Positions 43,676 through 55,297 of a stretch of DNA of 64,000 nt are shown here, piece after piece (the first letter of the stretch is position 1; every line of letters begins with the position of its first letter). The position numbers and the translations under genes are program-made. Below the pieces are notes generated by a model, which saw only the letters and a program-made list of their open reading frames with translations, had not been told where the DNA came from and searched no databases. Source of the DNA: Sanchytrium tribonematis (taxonomy: Eukaryota); assembly GCA_018985235.1 (NCBI GenBank), contig JADGIG010000005.1, positions 1 through 64,000 on the forward strand, read 5' to 3'.

Positions 43676-44265
43676 CGTCTGTTTCAAAAATTGTCAGTGT
43701 AGTTGGTAGTCAACAAATCTTTGGAAAATTGAATGTTTCATAATGACTTTAAAATTGAGATTATTCTATTTCTAATTTTTAAGCTCATGATATTTTTGGC
43801 TTCAGTGATTCTACAATGACTCCTTCAAAAATCCCCTGCAGAAACTTATCAATGCACCACCCCTTTCTTTAATTAACAACCCAAATTATTAAGTTTTCGA
43901 GAAATGGACTCGTACGAAATTGTAAGTGTTTAAGGATTTTGCTTAAAACATATGGGCAAATCGAAAAAGAAAGGAGTAATTGGAGAAGAGCGAAACTTTG
44001 GATGCTCAAATCAAGATCTTGGATGTACTGCAGGTAAAGGCATTTCAGGGTAGAACTTATTGATATGATCAATACCCATCCATCTGGGCCAGCATACACT
44101 GCCAATGCTATCATGCAGATACAGTAATAAAAAGCAGTGGTGGTATGTTTATAATTTAAGATAGTGTCTTGTCAAAACCACCTAAAAACGCTATGACAGA
44201 GCTTGGTGAGACTGAAAATTCAACGCTTACAATCAAAGAAATGTGATCAATTTATAAATGGCTTT

Positions 44266-46270
44266 TTACTTTAATCGAATCATAGGCTTTGTAGTCCTAG
44301 TAAAAAACATAATTCCTAGAATCAAGCAGACTGCTAAAAATGCGACATTGACACCCACTACAACTCCCATTTCAGGCTTATCTAAACTGGCATTTTTTAC
44401 AATTTCCTCGCCATCGATCTGAATGCACTTATCCTTCACCTTGATACCACATTCAAAAGTATTTTCATAAAATTCGTTTTGACAAAGAGCTTTGTTCGTA
44501 TTTGCAACTGGCGAAATATACTGAATCCAACTGATCCAAGTTCCAATGCTATCAAGATTTGCAAATAATCCTCCAAAAACAATAAATAAAACTGCTATGA
44601 GAGGCGTAATGATTTGTCCTACCTGAACATTTTTAACCGCGCTACCTATTGTTAATCCGAACGTGGCGGCAGCAAATGTATGGAGAGTAGTGATTCCCAC
44701 AAATGTTCCGAATTTATATCCTCTTGGGTCCATTCCAATAATCCAGTAGACAGGTATGACCATGACGATTATTTGAATTAAAATCGTAGGAGCCAAAGAA
44801 GTAAATTTGCTTAAAAACGCAGAACTTGAACGATACATTCCAGCAGTTCGCTCTCTTTTAATAATAGTTCTAATAAGTGGAAACGTATTAACTAAGTGAG
44901 AAAAATTAACCTGTTGGCATAACATTGCTAAATAATAAGTTGACAGCTAGAAAAAAGCAAAATCCTAATCTATTTTGAACACCAGCAACTCCACCATCTA
45001 ATCCATTAAAAATGGCGCTTAATATCGCTAGTACAATAATAGATTGTGCGGTGGTCGCAACTAGAACAATCGGATTTTTAAAAATCTCTCTCAAATCTCT
45101 TGTAAGAAGCATAAAATATTCCTGTATCCAAAATACTTGATACTTCATCATTCCAAATCTCTGTTTTTTGTAAAAATTCTCGTAATCCGCCTGTTTAATC
45201 ATAGAGTATGAGAAAGGCTCTTTGAAGGACCAAGCATCTTGTAAAGCTAAAATTCTTTTCTCGGATGCATCCTTCTGTTCAGGACTGCGCAAATCAGGCG
45301 TAATTATATCAATAAAATGATCGGCAGGATTAGTAAGCCTAGGACACGGGTGACCTAAGTTTGAAAAATGTTGTATGCCATTCTTTGTTGGACCGAAGAA
45401 TACTGGTTTACCCTGAGAAAGGAGCAACACGTTATCAAACAAATCCATAATAGTTTCCCTAGGCTGATGGATAGTGAGTAAAATAGTCTTATTCTGCTTT
45501 ACTGCCAGGTCTTTCAAAGTCTCAATGATATTATATGCAATGAACGCATCAAGTCCTGAAGTTGGCTCGTCCAGAAATAAAATTTTAGGATCTGTTACAA
45601 CTTCAACTGCGATGCTTGCTCTTTTCCTTTCACCACCACTAACACCTCTTTTTAATGAGCTTCCAATTTTCGTATTTTGGCATTGAGATAGTCCAAGTTG
45701 TTGAATGGTATCAGCTGTATTTTGTAGCTTTTTTGCTTTCGTAACTGAGCTTGGAAGACGCAGTTGGGCACTGAATGAAACAGTTTCCTTGACAGTCATC
45801 ATACTAAATAAAAGATCATCTTGCTCAACATATGCTATTTGCCTCATAAAAAGCAATGGATCTCTGGGTAAACCATTGATTAATATTTGGCCGTCAATAT
45901 CACCTTGATCAAATCTGCCAGCCAAAATGTTCAATAAAGTGCTTTTTCCAGCACCACTGGATCCCATAATTGCTACCAACTGACCAGGGCGAACCTCTCC
46001 TGACACACCATTCAATATTTGTTTTGTATCTTTTTTAATAGGAACGGTGTAATGCAAATTATGCCATGTTAAAGTAAGACCATTTGCTTCAGGAGTGTTT
46101 ACTATATTTGTATTATTAGATGGCTCAATCAATGTATCACCATGAGGTTTACCACGATCCACGATATTCTGACCATTTGCGTTGGAACTAGGACTAGCAT
46201 TAATAGGCTCGCTATTTGGCATTTGTTGATTTGAAATTTCCGAATTTTCTTGTTTTGCTGGATCTTCCAT
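44266..46270 (-). CDS. ABCG half-transporter, join(44911..46270,44266..44891)
   Basis: GSSGAGKST, GVSGGERKR, LDEPTSGLD, TIHQPR, NPADHF, followed by the TM domain. Confidence 0.95.
44892..44910 (-). other. 19-nt spliceosomal intron GTTAATTTTTCTCACTTAG
   Basis: Removal gives NVMPTVNTFPLIRTIIKRER; contains CTCAC branch-like motif. Confidence 0.9.
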
Positions 46271-46344
46271 GAATTTTTGAGTTTCAAGTGTGATGTGAAC
46301 GAATTTTCGAATCGAAAGGAGAAACCGCTAAACATAGATTTTTA

Positions 46345-46977
46345 TTAATTTTCCACAGATGATACAAGTTGATTAATTTTCGTCAACCACGGTTCCGTCG
46401 GATGCGATAGTACTTTCCCTAATTGCTCTGTGGATGGTAGACATTTTCCAAATGCTTGAAGTAATAGGGGTTCCTTAGCCACACCAATAGCCCAATCAGT
46501 TTCACTTATCTTGCCATCTTTATCCTCGTCCAATTTTTTCAATACTATTTCTACTAGTTCGCGATTCATTTCTTCATCTTCTTCCTCTTGTCTATTCAAT
46601 AATTGCATCATTTCCTCTTTGGTAATATATTTATCACCATTCAAATCAAAAATAAAGAAGCAAAATTCAATTTGCCGTTGAAAGTCTTTAGTACCCACCA
46701 CGCACATTCCTTTTACAAATTCTTCAAAATTCACTTTGCCATCATTATTAGAATCGAAAAATTTGAAAATTCTATCTAAAATAAGTGTGTCTGAAAAACC
46801 AAAATGTGACATCAATAGAGTTTTGAATGGCACTTTTTCCAAAGGATACTGTGAAATATTTTGCTGGCTAACAGGTAGTGTGGATGGCAAGTAAGACTTG
46901 TAAGTGGCAAATAAACTCTGAATTTCACTCATTGAGAATTTATCTAAAAAAATATTCAATGGGCTTGATTTTTCCAT
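46345..46977 (-). CDS. EFCAB1: Calaxin/EFCAB1-like EF-hand protein
   Basis: Three EF hands (DSNNDGKVNFEE, DLNGDKYITKEE, DEDKDGKISETD); EPLLLQAFGKCLP C-terminal motif. Confidence 0.8.
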   Translation of the reverse strand: MEKSSPLNIFLDKFSMSEIQSLFATYKSYLPSTLPVSQQNISQYPLEKVPFKTLLMSHFGFSDTLILDRIFKFFDSNNDGKVNFEEFVKGMCVVGTKDFQRQIEFCFFIFDLNGDKYITKEEMMQLLNRQEEEDEEMNRELVEIVLKKLDEDKDGKISETDWAIGVAKEPLLLQAFGKCLPSTEQLGKVLSHPTEPWLTKINQLVSSVEN

Positions 46978-46987
46978 GGCCTTTTAT

Positions 46988-48992
46988 TTAATCTAATAAT
47001 TTCTCAAAATCAGCATCGTCTGGGTATAAAGAAGTGTAGTCAACTCGAATACTCGAGTTAGAAGGGCACCAAAATTGCATGCAATTGTCATAAATACCTC
47101 TATTAAAAACATTTTTTGGTCTCCCAATGCTACGTGAATTGAAACTACGGTATGTATCCATTTTGAAGATAAGTCCGAGGATGCTTTGGCTCTAATAATT
47201 CAATATCAGAATCCTCCTTTTTCATCTCAACATTGACATGATTCATATAAAAGAATCGGCCTCTATTAATATGCTCGTTTGTAGTCATGTTGCATAAAAT
47301 CAGAAATGTATGTGAGCCCCAAACAAATATAGACCATAACATATTCATAAGAATCCAGATACAAAACGCAAAATAAACTGGATGAAATAAGCCACCATTG
47401 CAAATTGAGATAAGTAAAGGAGATCGGTCCTTATTTGTACAGGACAGTAGCTCTTCGTTTTCATTATCTGCTGTGTCATATAAATAAGCAAGAGAAAGAA
47501 GAATATAAGAAATGCAGGTTGTTAGAAGAGCAGTCACAAATAGATAAAAATATTTGTGATTGTGATGGCCTATAACACTGCTGGTCCAAGGACAAAAGTG
47601 GTCAAACTTAGGTACACATATTCCTAGTTCACGACAGTGCTTACTTCTTAATGCTTTTCTTGCAACACACGCAGTACAAATGTTGTCTCGATTTAACATG
47701 TCTTTTGAATACAATGTTACCACCAAGTTTCGAAGATGTAATTCATCAATTAGACGCGGCATTTTTGGAACCTCATTCCAAGTTTTAAAAAAGTTGTAGT
47801 ACATGATAATTAGAGAAGAAATAAAAAATACAATTAAAAAAGTGTGTTGATGGATGTCGTTGTACATTGTCAAAAATAATATAAGTCCTATGGCTCCACT
47901 ATTAAGAACTAGACCGCTTAAGTAAAGTCCCTGTTGAACGATGGTGGAATTCCTTTCTCCGGCATATAAATATTGAATGCTTTGGATACTCATAAATACA
48001 GAAATTGGTAGAACGATAATATAGACGTACCAAGGAAACAGAATTCCAAATGTGACTGTACTCAACGTCAGTGTTGAGAATAAAAGAGACCAAAGTTTAG
48101 ACTTTGGTTTAATCTGCCTATAAATCCACAAAGTTTTGTCATGCATCCGTGCGTAGTCAAATACGCTATAATTTTCATTGTTCTTTTTATAAAGCTCAAC
48201 AGATATTTCGTCGTAACTCAGTGACTTTTTCAAAATATTTAAAAATGGCAGCAAAGTCGAATAGTAGTGGCCTTTGCACGCAGCCCAATGTAACGGTGTA
48301 AATCCTTCATTGTCGGGTTTTGTCAAAAGCTTAATGAGATCAATCTGATTTTGATCAGCGAATGGAAGAATCATATTATAAATTCCATGGTACCCCATCC
48401 AGTGAAAAACAGTATGGCCATCTGTATCTGGTTTCTCAAGTAATTCAAATCTGTCACATCCCGTCAAGATAGAAAACGAAATAAAGTCTTCTTTTGAAAG
48501 TACTGCACAAGTAAAAGGAGAAAATCCTTGCTCGTCCATACAACTGAATAAAGTGTAAATAACAGTCTTCTGGTCATCAAATTCACAATTTTGATCAATC
48601 CAAGTCAATAAATGCAGGACAATATCTATAGCACCTTGTCTACAGGCCCAATGTAATGGAGTCGCATTCAATACACCACTCTTTAATAAAAATATGTTTA
48701 AAATAGGGTACATTTGAATCGGCTCGATGATTGCATGCTTTCTCTTCAAAAAAACATCCAGAAGCTTACTCTGATTATGGAAGCATATCCAATGAATTAA
48801 AGAATTTGTGACTGATCCATCGGAATCAAATTCAAACAACTCCTCATAATTCGCATTTTCAATGAATGTAATTATTGCTGGATGTTTATCTTCTTGGTGT
48901 ACATAATCAATATACTTTTTCAAATCTGATGATTCAAAAGTAATGTCGCTTATTATTTGCGTATTCGAATTTACAGATGGTGGATTTTCCAT
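46988..48992 (-). CDS. AKR1: Ankyrin-repeat DHHC palmitoyltransferase Akr1-like, join(47149..48992,46988..47129)
   Basis: TPLHWAC ankyrin repeats, RSKHC, FDHFCPW, NMTTNE. Intron removal adds NVFNRGIYDNCMQFW. Confidence 0.88.
47130..47148 (-). other. 19-nt spliceosomal intron GTAGTTTCAATTCACGTAG
   Basis: Removal restores the NxFNRG C-terminal motif of DHHC enzymes. Confidence 0.85.
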
Positions 48993-49022
48993 CAACTTTC
49001 TTACAAAGGAGTAGCTTGCTAT

Positions 49023-49910
49023 ATGACTGATTATAAATTTCAGAATGAGATTGTTCAAATGATGTATGTATTCGGAGAAACTAGTGACCCTCTGCCAGCT
49101 GTTACTAAAATTATAGAAGAAATTGTCCGATATCATTTAATGGAAGTTATTTTACTAGCCAATGAAGCCTGTCGCCAAAGAGGAAATAGATTTATGAGTA
49201 TTGAAGATATCATATTTGTTATTAAGCATGATAAAACCAAGGTGTCGAGAATTAAAAGATATCTCAGTTATAAGGATGTAAGAAAAAATGCAAAAGACGA
49301 CGAGGAAAATATGGATGTAGATGACGCGGAAGATCAGCAATTAGATGAAATGAAACAGAAACAAACGATCAGACTACCTTGGGAGTATATAGAAGGCTTT
49401 ACTGATATTTTAGATGACGAGGAAATCGACGATCAAATAGATTTGGTCGCTTTAAAAGATGACAACCAGAGACTGAAAGACGCTGACAACAAGACCAAAG
49501 ATATGACATCTGAAGAATACATGTTTTATTCTGAATGTAGATCTGCATCGTTTTCTCATAGAAAAGGCAAAAAGTTTAGGACTTGGCTTAACATGAATGC
49601 CATAACTGACTCGAAACCAAATGATGACGTGGTAGACATTTTGGGGTTTATTGGATATGAAATGGTGCGGAGAATCACAGAATTTGCTCTCCAGATTAAG
49701 AAAAAATCAGAGTTAGAGAAGCCAATTCAAAGTGCCAGTAAAAAGGAAAAGGAGGATTTGGAAATTTTTTCAATGTTTTTTGTAAATAACAAGAATAGCC
49801 AGCCTACCCCATTGGAGGAATGCCATATTCTCGAGGCTTACCGAAGGCTTCAAAACCCAGTATATCCACACCCATATAAACAAGGTAAAGTAAGAACTTT
49901 ATTAACCTAA
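49023..49910 (+). CDS. SPT3: SAGA subunit Spt3
   Basis: EIVQMMYVFGE, YLSYKDVRK, TKDMTSEEYMFYSECRSASFSHRKGKKFR. Confidence 0.93.
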   Translation: MTDYKFQNEIVQMMYVFGETSDPLPAVTKIIEEIVRYHLMEVILLANEACRQRGNRFMSIEDIIFVIKHDKTKVSRIKRYLSYKDVRKNAKDDEENMDVDDAEDQQLDEMKQKQTIRLPWEYIEGFTDILDDEEIDDQIDLVALKDDNQRLKDADNKTKDMTSEEYMFYSECRSASFSHRKGKKFRTWLNMNAITDSKPNDDVVDILGFIGYEMVRRITEFALQIKKKSELEKPIQSASKKEKEDLEIFSMFFVNNKNSQPTPLEECHILEAYRRLQNPVYPHPYKQGKVRTLLT

Positions 49911-49935
49911 TAAACCTCCTTAAAACTTCTGTACA

Positions 49936-51300
49936 ATGCAATTTTCGCTGACAGGGAACGATTCGAGACCTGGAACTCATGCTAGCTTGATGAATGAATG
50001 TGTCCTTAGACCTGATTCTTCTTGTCTTTTAGAACCACTTGATTCTATAAGCTTGGAGGTAGGAAATAGTGAATTTAGAACATCTGCAAAAAATATCTCT
50101 AATGGTTCTAAAACGTTAAAAACCTTTAAATGTGCGCCTGTATTTCCTACTGATATCTTGGTGAAAGAAATATCTAATTCTGAATTAACTCAAACCTTTG
50201 ATTTAACAGCATTTGAGCCACAAGAGCATCACGTTTACATACCAAATGCAAGTCGTATTTTATGGATTACAGACCCAGATTGGATTATTGTGGCATGTAA
50301 TGAAGATGAGCAATCGTATTTACACATTATAGACTCTTCTAATTTAAAGCGATTATATTCTGTTGTATTTGAAAAGGAAATTTTGGCTTTTGATTATTTC
50401 AAGGATGTCAAATTTTCAAATTTAGCCACAGTTATCGCAGTCGTGTTCAAAAACTCAGTAGGAGTACCTCTTTTCGGATTACCCTTACATTCTCGCTCTT
50501 CTGTCATCGAAATATCTCCATTGATGCATTTAAACATATACCCAGAAGAAAAACCTACAAGTATAGACTGCAGATACAATCTTGTTGCAGTTGGATATCT
50601 CAATGGAGAGGTTGCGCTATTCAAATTGAACGAAATACCGTCGGCTGTTAAGCCCTTCTTTCACAAGTATACCCATTCGTCAATTGTCAGCCGCGTTCAT
50701 TTACCTGTCTATTTGGGGAATCCAACTCAACCTAAATTTGTTATTTCCTGCGGCCTGAACGGAAAAATCATATATAGTGAATTTTCAATCAAACAGGCCC
50801 ATGGCGGTATTGCTTATTCAACTACAACTGCTCTGAGTAACTTTTGCTATTTAAATTTTGTCGATGGAGTTCTCTTTTGTGACACTGATGATACTGTAAA
50901 ATTTGCGACCAGCTTTAGTCGAACAGAAACAAGAAGGCTAGTGACTGTCCGCTCTGGGATTCGGGAATATGCTACATCCAATTTACACCCATTTATCGCA
51001 ATGGGAGGAGGTGCTGGCTGCTTAGTGATTCACAACGCAAATCAAAGTCGTGTTAAACATGGAAAAGTCTATATATATAGTTATTCTTATATTAAAGAAG
51101 TTGATGACTGTCTCGAGATGTATATGATGGACAATTCTAAACTTCCAAAAGACCCGCCTCAGAGTCTTAGGCCTGATGGTTCGATGGTAGCAGTCCAAAA
51201 TTCAGGCAAAATCAATGCGCTGAGCTGGTCCCCAAATCCAGAAAACTGCGGTCAAATTGCGCATTTAGGAAATAGCGTTTTAAGTATCTTCACATTATAA
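49936..51300 (+). CDS. WD40-like protein, possibly TFIIIC subunit Tfc6/GTF3C2
   Basis: VAVGYLNGEV, HPFIAMGGGAG, INALSWSPN. Confidence 0.5.
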   Translation: MQFSLTGNDSRPGTHASLMNECVLRPDSSCLLEPLDSISLEVGNSEFRTSAKNISNGSKTLKTFKCAPVFPTDILVKEISNSELTQTFDLTAFEPQEHHVYIPNASRILWITDPDWIIVACNEDEQSYLHIIDSSNLKRLYSVVFEKEILAFDYFKDVKFSNLATVIAVVFKNSVGVPLFGLPLHSRSSVIEISPLMHLNIYPEEKPTSIDCRYNLVAVGYLNGEVALFKLNEIPSAVKPFFHKYTHSSIVSRVHLPVYLGNPTQPKFVISCGLNGKIIYSEFSIKQAHGGIAYSTTTALSNFCYLNFVDGVLFCDTDDTVKFATSFSRTETRRLVTVRSGIREYATSNLHPFIAMGGGAGCLVIHNANQSRVKHGKVYIYSYSYIKEVDDCLEMYMMDNSKLPKDPPQSLRPDGSMVAVQNSGKINALSWSPNPENCGQIAHLGNSVLSIFTL

Positions 51301-51304
51301 TTAT

Positions 51305-54300
51305 TTATTGCCAAGAGGACATATTTAAACCAAGTACCATATCTTCAATTCTCGTATTAGTAAAAAACTTTTCTCTATAATACTGAATGCAAGCTTCTCT
51401 GTTCTTATGAGGAAATAGTTTTTCTTGTTTAGAATCAATCCAAGTTTTGCTAGACATCCGGTTTAATGCCGATAACACAGTAATCAAAATAAGTTGTGGT
51501 AAAATTTCCATAGGGATTGAACAAGTTCCGTCCAATGGTCCAAAATTTTGAATGTTCTTTCGCTTATACAAAGTCACAAATGCATTTTCGCGATCAGGCC
51601 TAATGACAATGACAACATCACCAAAATCTCCTGAAATTGTCCATGGCATATATGGAATAGACCCTTCATCCCAAACAATATGAATGCTGTCGTTTCCTAT
51701 ATGTTTTTTCAAATAACTTTCGCCTCTACCTTGAATAAGTTGATGATCATGAAAAACAATTTCGTTGATTGCTGTAGTGATAATTCTACACTTGTCTTCT
51801 TCTTCAAGACCTCCAGAAAATCCAGAATAGCTATCTAAATCAATAATCGGAGCTAGTTTGTTTGCAAAAGCAGTGTATTCTGGACTGAATCTAGTAGTTG
51901 AAAAGATTTCTTTTTCTGATTTTGCATCTTTAGCAACAAAAAAGAGACCGGCCTTGAAAGTTTCTCTTCCAAAAGATTTATCAACATTTTTCATCATCTT
52001 TTGAATATAGGTTGTATCTTCACTATACAAGATACCTCGATCTCTAAAATTACCAGTATTGGTTATACCCAAATGAATTAGAAACCTAACTAAATCATCA
52101 CTCTTTTCTCGTCTGCCTTAACATCAAACCCTCAGTCACAGCCATTAATTTAAAATAAAAGTTTTTCCGATTCTAAATAAATAAAAAATACTTTTCCAAG
52201 CTTGTTTTCACTAATTCCGTATCACTCCTTTTAAAATATTGTACTTCTTTCAAATTGACTCTAGGTGAAGTTGGCGCATTGGTCATAGGCAATGGTTGAA
52301 ATGATAACTTCTTAGATCTTTCTGTGACATCGTCAATTTGAATCTTACTCGAATTAAAAAGTGTTTTAATACCAATAACATTAGTTGTATTGTTATTTAA
52401 CAACAGTATACTCTTTGGCAAACTTATGCATTTTTGAGGAATTTCTTTAAAATTTGAATCGTATAAATCCGTCTTATTATACAAATGAATCAGACTTGAT
52501 TGACAAATTGCACTCAAAGTTTTTAATTCATTGGCGATATGCGCATTTTTGAATGGATTAGGTTCAATCTTGGAGAAATCTTCTAATGAAGAAATAGCAT
52601 TTAATACTGGCAATATAATTTGCACCACATTAGATTTAGATTTGTATAAACAGCAACTATCTACTAGAAAGAAAGCCTGCTTTTCGATTAATCTAGCTCG
52701 AATAAGTTCTCTATCATGATCAGCGATTATGATACGCTTTTGTTCCTCAAGAGCTGTGACCATTTTACAAAGAATATTCAATAATAAATCCCCGTTGGAA
52801 ATGCTGTTAATAACATCAAAACAGCCATAGGTTAATGTATAGAGCAGATCGATGGAGCTATTCATGATTTCAATATTATCAGAACGACTTAAAATCAAAC
52901 AATGACTAACAATATCTTCAAGGTGCTTAAGGTGAGTTCCTTGAACATCTTTGACATTAAATTTTGCGACTGCATACAAGCCTAAAAGTTTCATTGAGTT
53001 GCAAATAAGTGGAACGTTCTCATCTTTCGAGATTTCTTTATCACGTTGCTCATAGAGCAATACATACTTTAAAAGATAGTTGATAATAAATTCGTGATTC
53101 AAGTCAGTGGAATCAGCATATAGAAATAAGTCTTGGCCAAGTCTCCAGAAATAGCTCAAATCCAATTGTGATTTCGATTTTAAGTCCTCTAAAACACTTA
53201 CGGCTTTTTCTTTCTTATTAGAAGCAAATAAAGCAGCCATTAATTTAAAATAAAAGTTGTCCGATGAGATACTTTGGAGCTTCTCAACTAAGTATTTTGG
53301 TTTTAGCTGATACAAAATATCAAAAATAAACAAAACCGGTGCAGCCGTGTCTGGTGCGCTAAAAAGCAATTCCAGATAATCCATATTTCCAAAAATATAT
53401 TTGTCGACAAGAAACTCCGCGTGGTCGAATAAACTGGCATTCCTATTAGTCCAAGCAGCGAGCACTACCCGAAAAAGCATTTTTACTTGAGTTTTTGCAA
53501 TAATTCTCTTTGCGGTAACACTCAACTTCAAATTTTGTGATTTTGCGAAAAAATCCATCATCAAGTATGTTGTTTCTCTGGTTAATTTCGTTTTCTCTAG
53601 AAGATTATAAGGATAATACCAGTTGGACGACCATTGTGAATCTCCTATTTTTTGGGCAGCTTCCACTGTAAAATACTCACTTTCAGTAAATAATTTATGG
53701 TTCGTTAAACTAAATGTTTCTAATGCTTTTAAATTGAAGATCTCATTAGCGTTCATGTGTTTTAAAAAGGCAGAATATGTAATATCGCTCCATCTTTCAA
53801 TAATGTAATCTACGAAATAAGCTCCTTGAATATTTTCGATCTGGTTCAAATGTGACTGAGGGTTTGATGTTAAGGGTACGACCAAAAATACTGTAGCGAA
53901 TGATTCAGACAGTGCAATCTTTTCCATGGTGGACGTACTGTTTTCATGAACAGATGAATAAATACTTTGAAAAACATGTATACAACTTCCGCAAATCATG
54001 TCCCAATCTGTATTTGGGGTTGAAAAGCATCTTTGAACAATACCTCGAAGAAAGTATAAGACTCTACTTACACCAGCTTGTTGCAAAGTATCAGAGCGAA
54101 CATTGTTTAAAATTTGACATAACGTCGATACATCTTTTTCCTCCTGTTCGTGCCAAAATAATCGAAACGAGCTATCCTGAAGCCATCTTTGCAAAACATT
54201 CCAGCCCCATTTAGGCTCAACAACCGTCAACTTTAAATCACTTTCAGCAGCATGTTTTAATGCAACCTGACAAACCATTCCAACCGCAGAATTCCAAATA

Positions 54301-55118
54301 AGTTTGTACGGTTCACCGAATTTTGATTCATGTGGAATATCACTATGCAATTTAAATTTCAACAGACTTACCCATGCAGGAAGAGGCTGCTGGACAATTA
54401 AATTCATATATGGCGTAGCAATACTTTCTAAAATTCTAGGGTCAGGCGAGGAAGATTTTGTACCAGAATAAGAGTAGCCAAAATGATGTACTAGATCAGG
54501 CAAGTAATTCTTCACGACAGAATCCAACAACACTTGAACCAAATTACGTAGTCTTGTCCAACAGAAATGAGATGGTAAAAATCTGTCTCCTAATGCCAAC
54601 GTAAAGACTGAACCACCATGCGCCCAGAGCTCATTTCTCCTTATTGTTTGAATTTCGTGATACAGGTATGGCGACGCAGCCACTATCAAACTTAAGGCTG
54701 CTGAGGTAAACGCGACTTGCTGGTCGATGTTTAGTTCAAATGTCTTAAATGTGCCAGATGAGAACATAGTAAGAGCCAATATTGGCATCCCATCTTCAGG
54801 CTTTGCAGCAATAGAAAACTTGATAAGATCTTCGAGTTTTGAGTCAGTCTTACCCATGGAATCACTCCATAACAATATGCAAAATTGTAATACTGCCCAT
54901 TTTTCGGTTGAGTTATCATGTATAAGTGCAGTCAGAACATCAGCCGCATAATCTTTTATGACTAAGGCCAACTCTCCTTCAAAAATATCGGCCTTTAAAG
55001 GAAAGATCTCGTGATGAAACTCCTTGGCTAACTTGGATTTCCTATCGTCCACTTGACTGGCGTACTTCTTGTATTGTTTTGACTTCTTACCAGCTAGGTT
55101 TAAATTGGAAGAACTCAT
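51305..55118 (-). CDS. RalGAP-alpha/tuberin-like protein with C-terminal Rap-GAP domain; junction 52113..52191 unresolved
   Basis: RETFKAGLFFV, KKHIGNDSIHIVW, DFGDVVIVI. The two ORFs join via a 79-nt intron, or via a 19-nt intron if the 48-nt insertion is absent. Confidence 0.75.
52116..52163. repeat. 48-nt mosaic: inverted copy of 53851..53875 plus direct copy of 53234..53258
   Basis: 52139..52163 equals 53234..53258 (25/25). 52116..52140 equals the reverse complement of 53851..53875 (25/25). The two overlap by 2 nt (CA). Confidence 0.93.
52173..52191 (-). other. 19-nt intron-like element GTATTTTTTATTTATTTAG (alternative acceptor at 52113)
   Basis: Matches the 19-nt consensus, but splicing it alone leads to in-frame stops inside the downstream insertion. 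Confidence 0.7.
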
Positions 55119-55297
55119 CTGTTTCAATAGTTGCACGTCGCCATCTTTTTTTATTTATTTTTCAAATTTTGTAATTAATTGTTTAACAGCATAAGCTTTA
55201 ATTGTGTAGACATCTGACTTAAGCTTCAACGATTATAAATTTATTTCTTCTGAGTATGACCGCAGTAAAACCCAAAAAAATTAATTTACTTCAAATT

